A stretch of 64,000 bases of DNA from Candidatus Bipolaricaulota bacterium (GTDB lineage: Bacteria > Bipolaricaulota > Bipolaricaulia > RBG-16-55-9 > DRXL01). The notes under the pieces are model-generated. The model saw nothing but the letters and a program-made list of their open reading frames with translations. It did no database searches and was not told where the DNA came from. The position numbers and the translations under genes are program-made. Shown here piece after piece: positions 56,106 to 64,000 of this stretch (the first letter of the stretch is position 1; each line of letters opens with the position of its first letter). The stretch covers positions 4,043 to 68,042 of the forward strand of contig DAIPXV010000001.1 of the NCBI GenBank assembly GCA_036783095.1. Direction: 5' to 3'.

Positions 56106-57257
56106 AGCCGCTAAGCCCTCACGGAAGCGCTTCAAGCCTTCGCGCAGCTGCTCCAGCGAGGTCGCATAGGAGATTCTCACGTGACTGTCTGCCCCGAAGG
56201 CCGCGCCGGGAACGACTGCGACGTGCGCCTCTTCGAGTAAATGGCGCGCCAAGTCCACGGAATTTTTCACGTTCCCATCGAAAAAGTTTGACACATCGGG
56301 GAAGACATAAAACGCCCCTTGGGGTATCGCAAAATCGAGCCCTTCGATCTTCCCCAGCTCGCTCAACACGAACTCTCGCCGCTTGCGGTACTCCGAGAGC
56401 ATCCTCTCAACGCACGATTGATCCCCCGTCAGAGCTGCCAGCGCTGCCTTCTGCGAGATCGAGGTCGGGTGGGATGTCAAATGGCTTTGGATGGCGGCCA
56501 TCGCCTGGGTGAGCTCCTTGGGCGCTACAGACCAGCCCAGCCGCCAGCCCGTCATCGCATACGTCTTGGACGCCGAATTGACAGCGATCACATAGTTGCT
56601 GTCGAACTCCACGGCGCTGACGTGCTCGCCCTCGTAGAGAAATTTTTCGTAGCATTCGTCGTAGATCACAAAGAGCTGATGGCGCTGAGCAAGCTCGATG
56701 ATCTCTTGCAGGTCTTTTCGGCCCAGCACAGTGCCAGCAGGGTTGTTAGGCGAATTGAGGATGATGGCTCGCGTGCGCGACGTAATATGCTCTTTGACAA
56801 GCTCCGCGCTCAGCTGGAAGTCTTTGGCTGTGTGAATGAAGATCGGCCTGGCCCCAACAAGCTTGATCTGCTCTGGAAAGCTCACCCAGTACGGCACGGG
56901 GATAAGCACTTCATCGCTGGGCTCAAAGAGCGCCGCAGCGATGTTGTAGAGGGCTTGCTTGGCCCCACTCGTGACGAGCACGTTTTCGGCCGTGTAGTGC
57001 GTTCCGTAGTCTCTATTATATTTTTGGGCGATGGCGTCGCGCAGCTCCCAGATGCCGGTCTCAGCCGTGTATTTTGTAAAATTTTGGGCGAGGGCCTCTT
57101 CGGCCGCGCGCTTGATGTGCTCTGGCGTGGGAAAATCGGGCTCGCCCGGCCCCAAGTCAATAACGCCAACCCCTCGACGCTTGAGCTCATCCGCCGCACG
57201 CTTGACGGCCATGGTCGCTGACGGTGTGATCTGCGTTACTCTCTGAGCGAGCTTCAT
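56079..57257 (-). CDS. Class I/II PLP-dependent (aspartate/aromatic) aminotransferase
   Basis: Lys-containing NSASKTYAMTGWRLGW and N-terminal GEPDFPTP. Confidence 0.8.
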   Translation of the reverse strand: MKLAQRVTQITPSATMAVKRAADELKRRGVGVIDLGPGEPDFPTPEHIKRAAEEALAQNFTKYTAETGIWELRDAIAQKYNRDYGTHYTAENVLVTSGAKQALYNIAAALFEPSDEVLIPVPYWVSFPEQIKLVGARPIFIHTAKDFQLSAELVKEHITSRTRAIILNSPNNPAGTVLGRKDLQEIIELAQRHQLFVIYDECYEKFLYEGEHVSAVEFDSNYVIAVNSASKTYAMTGWRLGWSVAPKELTQAMAAIQSHLTSHPTSISQKAALAALTGDQSCVERMLSEYRKRREFVLSELGKIEGLDFAIPQGAFYVFPDVSNFFDGNVKNSVDLARHLLEEAHVAVVPGAAFGADSHVRISYATSLEQLREGLKRFREGLAALRSLEVRA

Positions 57258-57392
57258 GGAACTCCCTCTCTGTCTGTACATTGACCCTTATTGTATGCCA
57301 AGAGCAACCGCTCAGCAACCCTCTTCGTAACGCCTATGACTGACAATCCCAGATGTCCCGGTTATCGTGGATAATTGACGAAGGAGGTCACT

Positions 57393-58172
57393 ATGAGGAA
57401 GTTTCTCGCTGTATGTATCGCGCTCGCTATGAGTGTAACTGCTGCGGCGCAGACGGTGGACGTGACGGTCTCGCTGAGTTTGCCCATGACACTTTCAGGA
57501 GCGGCGCTCGATCAGATGCTCTGCTCTGTGAGCGTGACTACCGTGATCGAGGGCTGGCAGATGGGCGCCCAGGCCGACATGACTCTGATGCCCTTCAGCC
57601 CCAAGCAATTACTCTTGACGGCTCGCGGCGCGATAGGAGACTTCACTATATATGACCAAGCCGTGATAGACTTCCAAAATCCCATTCAAGAGCAAGTGAC
57701 GGTGAGCACCAAGTACGCAGAGCTCGATTGGAAACTCACGTTCGCCTACAGCTACACCTTCTTGCCAGAGTTCGCGTTCACGTTTGGGAGCGCCACGCTG
57801 GGCGTCTCTACTCGTACTTCAGAGGGCGTGCAGCTTGCCAGCGCCACGACCATGACCCTCCAGGGCTTTGCCAAGCAAGCCTTCACGATGGGCTTCTCTG
57901 TACAGGGGGTCGCGATTACGCGCACAACCGTGCTCACGATGTCCGGGCTCTCTCAAGAGATCTGGGCAATCTCTTTGAGCGTTCACGAGTGGGCCCTCGC
58001 GCGCACGACAGTCTACACGACTGAGGGCTTTGCCTCGGATACTCTCAGCCTAAGCAAGCAGTTTGGAGACTATCTCTTCGTGGGCACATCAGTCTTCAGC
58101 AAAGCCGGCTGGTCCAAGACTCTGACGGTGAGCCGAGTATTTTCGGGGCTCTTGCTCGGCCGAGCGCCGTAA
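57393..58172 (+). CDS. Hypothetical secreted beta-rich protein (possible outer-membrane beta-barrel)
   Basis: Signal peptide MRKFLAVCIALAMSVTAAAQ. Alternating hydrophobic pattern of S/T/V-rich strands. RBS GAAGGAGG. Confidence 0.45.
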   Translation: MRKFLAVCIALAMSVTAAAQTVDVTVSLSLPMTLSGAALDQMLCSVSVTTVIEGWQMGAQADMTLMPFSPKQLLLTARGAIGDFTIYDQAVIDFQNPIQEQVTVSTKYAELDWKLTFAYSYTFLPEFAFTFGSATLGVSTRTSEGVQLASATTMTLQGFAKQAFTMGFSVQGVAITRTTVLTMSGLSQEIWAISLSVHEWALARTTVYTTEGFASDTLSLSKQFGDYLFVGTSVFSKAGWSKTLTVSRVFSGLLLGRAP

Positions 58173-58262
58173 GCTGCGCGCTGGGTATCTTCGGGCCCAG
58201 TCGGGATCCTCGGCTGGGCCCACTCTTTGCCCACTCTCTTTCGTCGGGCTTGCGCTATGAGA

Positions 58263-60032
58263 TCACCGTCGCCCGAATTTTTTCTCTAACTCTTCGAGTG
58301 AGTACGCTAAGACTATCGGCCGCCCGTGCGGGCAACTGTAGGGGTTCTGGGTCTGCTTGAGTTGTCTGATAAGCTCCGTCATCTCTTCGGGGCGCAAGGG
58401 TTTGTTCTTGACGACGGCGGCTTCGCAAGCGACCCGCGCAGCCAGCGTCTTGGCAAGCTCTTCAAGCGTCGGTTCAGCCTCGTGCTCTAGCACCGCCAGC
58501 ACGCGCTCGATCGTCGCAACAAACTCGCTCTTGCTCCAATCGCTCGTCAGCACTTGAGGCCAATCTCGCAGCACGAACGTCCCGCCACCAAAGTGCTCGA
58601 TCCCGATCCCTAAGCGCTCATCAAAATCTCTAAGATGCGCAGCGAGAAGCTCAGCTTTGTCTGGAGGCATCTCGATCGTCACGGGGATCAGCAACCTCTG
58701 CCGAAGGACTTTTTGCTCTCTCAGCTGTGCGAGGAATCTTTCGTACAGAATGCGCTCATGAGCCACATGCTGGTCAATGATCTCCAGCCCAGACTCTGTC
58801 TGCACTAAGATATACGTCCCGTGGAGCTGGCCCAGCACGCGAAAGCTTGGCAGAGCTTCAGCGGGCGCAGGGGAGGGAATGGGCTTCTCGCGCAGCACTT
58901 CGATCTCTCTTCGGAGATCGAGCTGGGATGCTCGGGGCTGGATGACTTCTCCCTTAGCCCTCACCCCGCCCTGCGGGCACCCCTCTCCCGTGGGTACCCA
59001 CGGGAGAGGGGATGGGGGTGAGGGTCTCTCCCATCGCGGCATGGCATGAGCTGACGTTAACGCTTTGGTGATCGCTTGCTTCACCAACGCTTGGACTTTG
59101 ACGGGCTCGGCGAAGCGCACCTCGGCCTTCTGCGGATGGACGTTGACGTCTACAGCGCGCGGATCGATCTCGATGAATAGAAAGATATAGGGGTGCTGGT
59201 CGCCCTTGAGCGCGCTCTCATACGCTTGAGAGATCGCGTAATTTATTTGAGAATCTCTCACAAAGCGCCCGTTGACAAAGAGAAATTGTTCTGAGCGGTC
59301 GGGGCGCACCAGCTGCGCGGGGCTCACCAGGCCGCGCACGGTCAGCCCAGGGATCGTCGCGTGCACGTCAAGCAGAGCGCGGGCAAGCTCAGGCGTATAA
59401 AGCTGCGCTATGGTCTGGCGGAGATCGCTCGTGGGGGGCAAGTCGAGCACGAGTTTGCCGTCGTGTTCCAGACGAAAGTGCACCCTGGGGTATGCGAGCG
59501 CGAAGCGCTTCACCGTGCGCACGGTATGAAAGAATTCGGTCTTTAGGGATTTCAAGAACTTTCTTCGTGCGGGGACGTTGAAGAAGAGCTCGCGGACGTC
59601 TACAGTTGTCCCGCGTGCACGCCCCGTGGCTTTCACTGTTAAGACGCGCCCGCCCTCGATCTCCACGCGAACGCCCTCGGGAGAGTCGTCGCTTTTTGTA
59701 GTAATCACCGTCTTAGAGACCTCAACGATACTCGCAAGGGCTTCGCCGCGGAAGCCCAGGGTGCGAATTTGAAAGAGATCTTCTTCGGAAGAGATCTTGC
59801 TTGTCGTGTGGCGTTGGATAGCGAGCAAGAGATCTTCTTGGGTCATGCCCGACCCGTCGTCAGCCACACAGAGGCGACGCTCGCCGCCACCCTCGACGGC
59901 TATTTCGATCTTCGTGGCTTCCGCGTCGAGGGAATTTTCAATCAGCTCTTTGGCGACCGAGGCCGGGCGCTCGATGACCTCCCCAGCGGCGATCTTGTTG
60001 ACGATATGAGGATCTAAGACCTTGACTTTCAT
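58263..60032 (-). CDS. mutL: DNA mismatch repair protein MutL, with a repeat element embedded in-frame in the linker
   Basis: N-terminal GHKL ATPase motifs NKIAAGEVIERPASVAKELIENSLDA, DDGSGM. Intact 589-aa frame. Confidence 0.9.
   Translation of the reverse strand: MKVKVLDPHIVNKIAAGEVIERPASVAKELIENSLDAEATKIEIAVEGGGERRLCVADDGSGMTQEDLLLAIQRHTTSKISSEEDLFQIRTLGFRGEALASIVEVSKTVITTKSDDSPEGVRVEIEGGRVLTVKATGRARGTTVDVRELFFNVPARRKFLKSLKTEFFHTVRTVKRFALAYPRVHFRLEHDGKLVLDLPPTSDLRQTIAQLYTPELARALLDVHATIPGLTVRGLVSPAQLVRPDRSEQFLFVNGRFVRDSQINYAISQAYESALKGDQHPYIFLFIEIDPRAVDVNVHPQKAEVRFAEPVKVQALVKQAITKALTSAHAMPRWERPSPPSPLPWVPTGEGCPQGGVRAKGEVIQPRASQLDLRREIEVLREKPIPSPAPAEALPSFRVLGQLHGTYILVQTESGLEIIDQHVAHERILYERFLAQLREQKVLRQRLLIPVTIEMPPDKAELLAAHLRDFDERLGIGIEHFGGGTFVLRDWPQVLTSDWSKSEFVATIERVLAVLEHEAEPTLEELAKTLAARVACEAAVVKNKPLRPEEMTELIRQLKQTQNPYSCPHGRPIVLAYSLEELEKKFGRR
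58958..59024. repeat. Nested palindromic repeat element, copy B (inside mutL, in-frame)
   Basis: ccctcaccccgccctgcgggcacccctctcccgtgggtacccacgggagaggggatgggggtgaggg, ~85% identical to copy A at 348-412. Encodes ERPSPPSPLPWVPTGEGCPQGGV of the MutL linker. Confidence 0.8.
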
Positions 60033-60082
60033 GGGCGCTCCTTGTCACAATAACAAAAGAGAAAGGGGCTGACAAATCGCTC

Positions 60083-60601
60083 ATGAGATACAGTGTGATA
60101 CTCGGACTTTTGCTAGTGGGTGCAGAAGCTCTGGCCCAGGAGCGCGCGCCCAGTGTGGGGCTATCTCTCAGTTGGATGGAGCTTAGGAACTTTCAGCCGG
60201 CGCTGCCCACGTTTGTGCTCTCTCAGAAAGTTTTGCTCTTCTCGGTGCGCGGGGAGACACAGATCGAGTTTGGGGTGGGGCTGCGCTTGGCCGGGGGCTG
60301 GGGCTTTGCGTTTGAGGGCAGCTCTCTTGGGATCGCCCACTATGAGACAGCGCTCGCCTTGAGCTTCCCCTTCGGGCGGGCGAGCGCTTCTATTGAACTT
60401 GGCTCAGGGATCTTGCATCTTGTGCAAGGCGCGGAGCAAGCATGGCGCTGGACCGGCTGGGTCGGGGCTGGCGGGCGATTTGCGATCTTCCCACACATAT
60501 CAGTCTTCTTCGACGTGGTTCCCTTAGTGTTGCTCGACTTCAGTCAAAGGACTTTGCCGTGGGCGTGGAGCTATCGCGGCGGTGTGCTCTGGCGGTTCTA
60601 G
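60083..60601 (+). CDS. Putative small outer-membrane beta-barrel protein
   Basis: Signal peptide. G/A/F/W-rich alternating strands. C-terminal ...GGVLWRF (terminal aromatic). Confidence 0.45.
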   Translation: MRYSVILGLLLVGAEALAQERAPSVGLSLSWMELRNFQPALPTFVLSQKVLLFSVRGETQIEFGVGLRLAGGWGFAFEGSSLGIAHYETALALSFPFGRASASIELGSGILHLVQGAEQAWRWTGWVGAGGRFAIFPHISVFFDVVPLVLLDFSQRTLPWAWSYRGGVLWRF

Positions 60602-62436
60602 CTCGCTCGGCGCACGCGGATCGTCCCGCCTGATCTGTGGGCTTCGTAGATCCTCTCCGCTGGCTCACTCCCGCGGACTAATTTAATACTTCCCGTGCGC
60701 GAGACCGAGCCGATGAACACCGGCTCTCCGTCCACTAAGATCTCAATATTGCGCCCGCGGAGGCTCGGGTCTAAGTCCAAAATCACGTGTCGATCGCTCA
60801 CTTCGATATCGACGTCTTGATGGAGTGTCGTCTCCATCTCGTCGTATGAGCGCACGTCTAACCCGATCCCCAGCTCAGCTTCGAGCTCGCGGATGCGGCT
60901 GCCCCCACGCCCTAGAATGATGGGGATCTGATCTTCATCCACATAGATCGTTGCTTGGTTATCTGAACGGATCTCCACGGTGAACGGCCCACGGATCACG
61001 CGCCGCAGCTCGTATTCGAGGGCCTGGGTCGCCAACCGCCAGACCGGCTTCTCGCTGATGACCTCCTTCACCGGCATGACGACCACTTGCTCCCCGAAGC
61101 TGTAGATCTCATAGACTAATGCTTTAGACTCAAACTCGCGGATCTCGATGACCGGGCGGGCCAAGTCCGTGTCGCCCATGCCGCTGGGGACCTTGACCGT
61201 GAATTCGACTTCATAGATCTCCTTGACGTCGCCCGCTTCAATGAAGACGACCGTGTCCACCACTTGAGGGATCATCCCCAGATCGACGCGCCCAATCAGT
61301 CTCTGCACGGCATCGATGCCCCGCGTGGCGTGCACGACCCCGATCATCCCCACCCCTGCCAAGCGCATGTCCGCAAAGACTTTGAAGTCTTCATCCACGC
61401 GCATCTCGTCGAAGATCGTATAGTCGGGGCGCACTAAGAGCAGCACGTCCGCCGTCTTTTTCATTTCGCCGCCCAAAGCTGTATACTGCGTGATCTCATC
61501 GGAGAGCTCGAGATCTCTGGGCTTCTCCATAGTCTTGAGGATCCAGCCTGACTCTTGTAAGTACTCTGCGATCCCCTGGACGAATGTGGACTTCCCCGCA
61601 CCCGGTGCTCCGGAGACGAGCACGCCGCGGGAGCGCTCCCGCAGGCGCTCTTTGAGGAGATCTGCATAGCGATACTCATCGAGCTTCTTGCGCACGATGG
61701 GGCGGACGATCGTGATCTCGAGCGCGTCGCTGAAGGGCGGTCGCGCGATAGCGATCCGCAAATTCTTTAGTTGAATGACGGTGCTCCCACCCATGTCCAT
61801 CTCGATGAACCCTTCGGGATGGCCCTTGGCCACCTCGACGATCTCGCGCGCGATGCGCTCTAACTCTTTTTCGGTCATGGGCTCCTCGCGCAACGGTACG
61901 ACCTTCATGTGCCCAGGGGTACCGCGCTTGGCCTTGGGACGCGCCTTGGCGCGCAAGTGCACCGACATCGTTTGCTCATCGAAGAACTTCATAATACTGA
62001 GCTGGTCGAGTGCGCGAGCCCCAGCCGCTGCCCCCAGAAACTGCATGGGCAGTCCTTGGGCTTCACTGACGATCGCTTGGCTGCGACTGCTCGTAAGCAA
62101 AATCGCGTTCTCTTCCTGGGCCACGGCGCGGACCATCGCGTGGATTTCGCCGGTCTCCGCCAACCGCAACGGATCGAGGCGTGGCCGCTCCCCCTTGAAG
62201 ACGAGCTCGATCTTCCCTTCCCACGCCAACTGTTGCAGTTGTTTGAGCTCGTTGAGCCCCGCATACCCCGTCTCTTGGCCGCGCACCGCTTGCGCCTCCA
62301 AAAGTGCTAAGACGGCGTTGGGCACGATGAAGACCGCGTTGGGGAATTTGTTGTTGCGGATCCCCTCGGTGATCCGCCCGTCTACAATGACGCTCGTATC
62401 GAGCACGTAGCGCTCGGCCTTATTCTCGCTTGACAT
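60598..62436 (-). CDS. PIN-domain plus P-loop ATPase plus KH-domain protein (COG1855-like, PhoH/PilT-related)
   Basis: N-terminal YVLDTSVIVDGR (PIN), Walker A GAPGAGKST, C-terminal KH-like GxxG segment IILGRGGSRIRELE. Confidence 0.7.
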   Translation of the reverse strand: MSSENKAERYVLDTSVIVDGRITEGIRNNKFPNAVFIVPNAVLALLEAQAVRGQETGYAGLNELKQLQQLAWEGKIELVFKGERPRLDPLRLAETGEIHAMVRAVAQEENAILLTSSRSQAIVSEAQGLPMQFLGAAAGARALDQLSIMKFFDEQTMSVHLRAKARPKAKRGTPGHMKVVPLREEPMTEKELERIAREIVEVAKGHPEGFIEMDMGGSTVIQLKNLRIAIARPPFSDALEITIVRPIVRKKLDEYRYADLLKERLRERSRGVLVSGAPGAGKSTFVQGIAEYLQESGWILKTMEKPRDLELSDEITQYTALGGEMKKTADVLLLVRPDYTIFDEMRVDEDFKVFADMRLAGVGMIGVVHATRGIDAVQRLIGRVDLGMIPQVVDTVVFIEAGDVKEIYEVEFTVKVPSGMGDTDLARPVIEIREFESKALVYEIYSFGEQVVVMPVKEVISEKPVWRLATQALEYELRRVIRGPFTVEIRSDNQATIYVDEDQIPIILGRGGSRIRELEAELGIGLDVRSYDEMETTLHQDVDIEVSDRHVILDLDPSLRGRNIEILVDGEPVFIGSVSRTGSIKLVRGSEPAERIYEAHRSGGTIRVRRAS

Positions 62437-62875
62437 ATATCTCTCCTAGTAGAGCAGCGACTTGCTCCAAAAATTCTCTGTCTTTTTCGGTGAACGCGTA
62501 GAGCATATCGCTGTCAATATCAATCTCTCCGATGACTTGCGAATCTTTGAAGATGGGCACGACGATCTCCGAGTGTGTAGAGGGGAAGCACGCCAAATAT
62601 CTAGGATCGGCGTTGACGTCGCCGACGATGACGGTGCGCCTCTCTCTGGCAGCGAGGCCGCAAATGCCTTGGCCGATGGGGATGCGCACGTGCTGGGTCG
62701 CTTGGGGACCATCCCACGCCTTGAGCACCAATTCATCGTCCTCAAGCATATAGACGCCGACCCAATTATATCGGATGACGTTCTTTCGCAAGAACGAAAC
62801 AGTCCTTTGTAAAGCTTGCGCAAAATCCAATGCCGCGATCTCGCGACGGAGAGCACTCAGTAAGTCCATAGCCAC
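62420..62875 (-). CDS. GAF-domain protein
   Basis: NWVGVYMLEDDELVLKAWDGPQ...GQGICGLAARERRTVIVGDV. 17-nt overlap with the downstream PIN-ATPase gene. Confidence 0.65.
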   Translation of the reverse strand: MAMDLLSALRREIAALDFAQALQRTVSFLRKNVIRYNWVGVYMLEDDELVLKAWDGPQATQHVRIPIGQGICGLAARERRTVIVGDVNADPRYLACFPSTHSEIVVPIFKDSQVIGEIDIDSDMLYAFTEKDREFLEQVAALLGEIYVKRE

Positions 62876-62995
62876 TCAAGCATATCACCAAACCCCACAG
62901 AGATGCAAGCGATGGAACTCGCTTGACGTCCTGCACAAGGTGCAGTATCATTCCCCCGGTGTAAATTTAATTATAATTGGGAGGTGGCCTGCGCT

Positions 62996-64000
62996 ATGCC
63001 CACATATGCGAAGTTACCGGACACACTAGCGCTTGAATCCGAGATCTTGCGGTTTTGGGAGCAGGCCGCCATTGCCGACAAAGTCCTCAGCCGCAACGAA
63101 CAGAACAGAGCTCACAAGCGCTTCGTCTTTTACGAAGGGCCACCCACGGCCAACGATAAGCCTCACTTTGGGCATCTCATCCCGCGGGTCTATAAAGATC
63201 TCTTCCCAAGATATAAATTGATGCAGGGGTATCATGTCATCAAGAAGGGGGGATGGGATACCCACGGCCTCCCTGTGGAGCTGAAAGTCGAGAAGGAGCT
63301 TGGGCTCAACAGCAAGCGTGAGATCGAGGCCTTCGGGGTCGAAAACTTCGTCAAGAAATGCAAGGAGAACGTCTGGAAGTTTAAGGGCGAATGGGAGCAG
63401 TTCGACCCCAGGATGGCCTTCTGGTACGACCAGCGGAACGCGTATATCACGTATACGAACGACTATATCGAGTCCGTCTGGTGGGCTCTGAAGAAGATTT
63501 GGGAGAAGGGGTTGCTCTACAAAGGGCACAAGGTGCTGCCCTACTGCCCTCGCTGCGGCACCCCCTTGAGCTCTCACGAGGTCGCCCAAGGCTACGAGAC
63601 CGTGAAAGATCCATCTATCTTCTTCAAGCTTCGCTTGACGTATGGCGTGCCGCGGAGCGGCACGATGAAGGTCAAGCGAAGCTTGCCAGACGAAGCCTGG
63701 TTCCTCGTCTGGACGACGACGCCGTGGACGGTGCCCAGCAATGTTGCTCTCGCAGTCCATCCCGACTATAGGTACGCCCTCGTTGAGGTCGGCCATGATA
63801 TCTTCATTCTTGCCGAGAGGTTGGTCGAGCCCGTCCTGGGGGAGCATCACCCTCAGATTCTAGATACTCTCCGCGGGACCGAGCTTGTCGGCTGGCGCTA
63901 CGAGCCCGCGTATAGGCTGAGCAACGATCCGAACGCCTACCGTGTTGTTGCGGCGGAGTTCGTCTCCCTTGAGGAAGGCACCGGGATCGTGCATATCGCT
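62996..64000 (+). CDS. ileS: Isoleucyl-tRNA synthetase (type 2-like), 5' fragment continuing beyond the window
   Basis: Hand-translated: FVFYEGPPTANDKPHFGHL (HIGH region), GWDTHGLPVE, YCPRCGTPLS. RBS GGGAGGTGG 8 nt before the ATG. The open frame runs to the window end. Confidence 0.8.
   Translation, partial: MPTYAKLPDTLALESEILRFWEQAAIADKVLSRNEQNRAHKRFVFYEGPPTANDKPHFGHLIPRVYKDLFPRYKLMQGYHVIKKGGWDTHGLPVELKVEKELGLNSKREIEAFGVENFVKKCKENVWKFKGEWEQFDPRMAFWYDQRNAYITYTNDYIESVWWALKKIWEKGLLYKGHKVLPYCPRCGTPLSSHEVAQGYETVKDPSIFFKLRLTYGVPRSGTMKVKRSLPDEAWFLVWTTTPWTVPSNVALAVHPDYRYALVEVGHDIFILAERLVEPVLGEHHPQILDTLRGTELVGWRYEPAYRLSNDPNAYRVVAAEFVSLEEGTGIVHIA

Noticed and set aside
56319-57221. 300-aa plus-strand ORF
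   Set aside because: Antisense to the aminotransferase gene.
348-59024. Whether the two palindromic copies could be a CRISPR array
   Set aside because: There are only two copies, 58 kb apart, with no spacer-repeat periodicity and internally palindromic in a nested way. This is REP/MITE-like, not CRISPR.
63026-63850. 274-aa minus-strand ORF
   Set aside because: Antisense to the clearly recognisable ileS 5' region.

Overview
This 64 kb window comes from a GC-rich, apparently diderm bacterium. The core of the window (31.9-49.9 kb, minus strand) is an almost complete str/S10/spc/alpha ribosomal super-operon: rpsL-rpsG-fusA, then rpsJ through rpsQ, rplN through rplO, secY-adk-map-infA-rpmJ-rpsM-rpsK-rpsD-rpoA-rplQ. 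It lacks tuf, rpmD (L30) and an rpsI partner for rplM. Its L24 carries a Zn ribbon, S14 is the type-Z Zn form, infA has no canonical start codon in frame, and secY carries a ~115-residue periplasmic-loop insertion. Flanking it are housekeeping genes (M16 peptidase, gpmI, dtd, rnhA, ubiE, mutL, aspC, mazG, yqeG, ileS fragment) and two family-5 oligopeptide/dipeptide ABC clusters (one without ATPases, one complete). There is a tRNA-Lys-adjacent toxin-antitoxin islet (Phd/VapC, unknown membrane protein, HicB/HicA). There are two tRNAs (Lys-UUU, Met/Ile-CAU), several secreted beta-propeller proteins (TolB-like, YVTN, FG-GAP), a giant PpiD-like/TPR fusion, an FtsX-LolA-like-ATPase module, a low-GC-looking islet with a PKD plus dockerin/EF-hand secreted protein and a HEPN/MNT pair, and a PIN-ATPase-KH protein coupled to a GAF protein. 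The most unusual sequence-level observations are: (i) a ~65-bp nested-palindrome repeat present intergenically (348-412) and again in-frame inside the mutL linker (58958-59024); (ii) two loci with a TAGAAT -10-like box followed by tandem CACGGAR repeats in the leaders of rpmF and of a LolA-like gene; (iii) a non-sigma small protein translationally coupled to a zf-HC2 anti-sigma-like membrane protein; (iv) the SecY insertion. All functional calls are from motif-level reading of the translations; no database search was possible.
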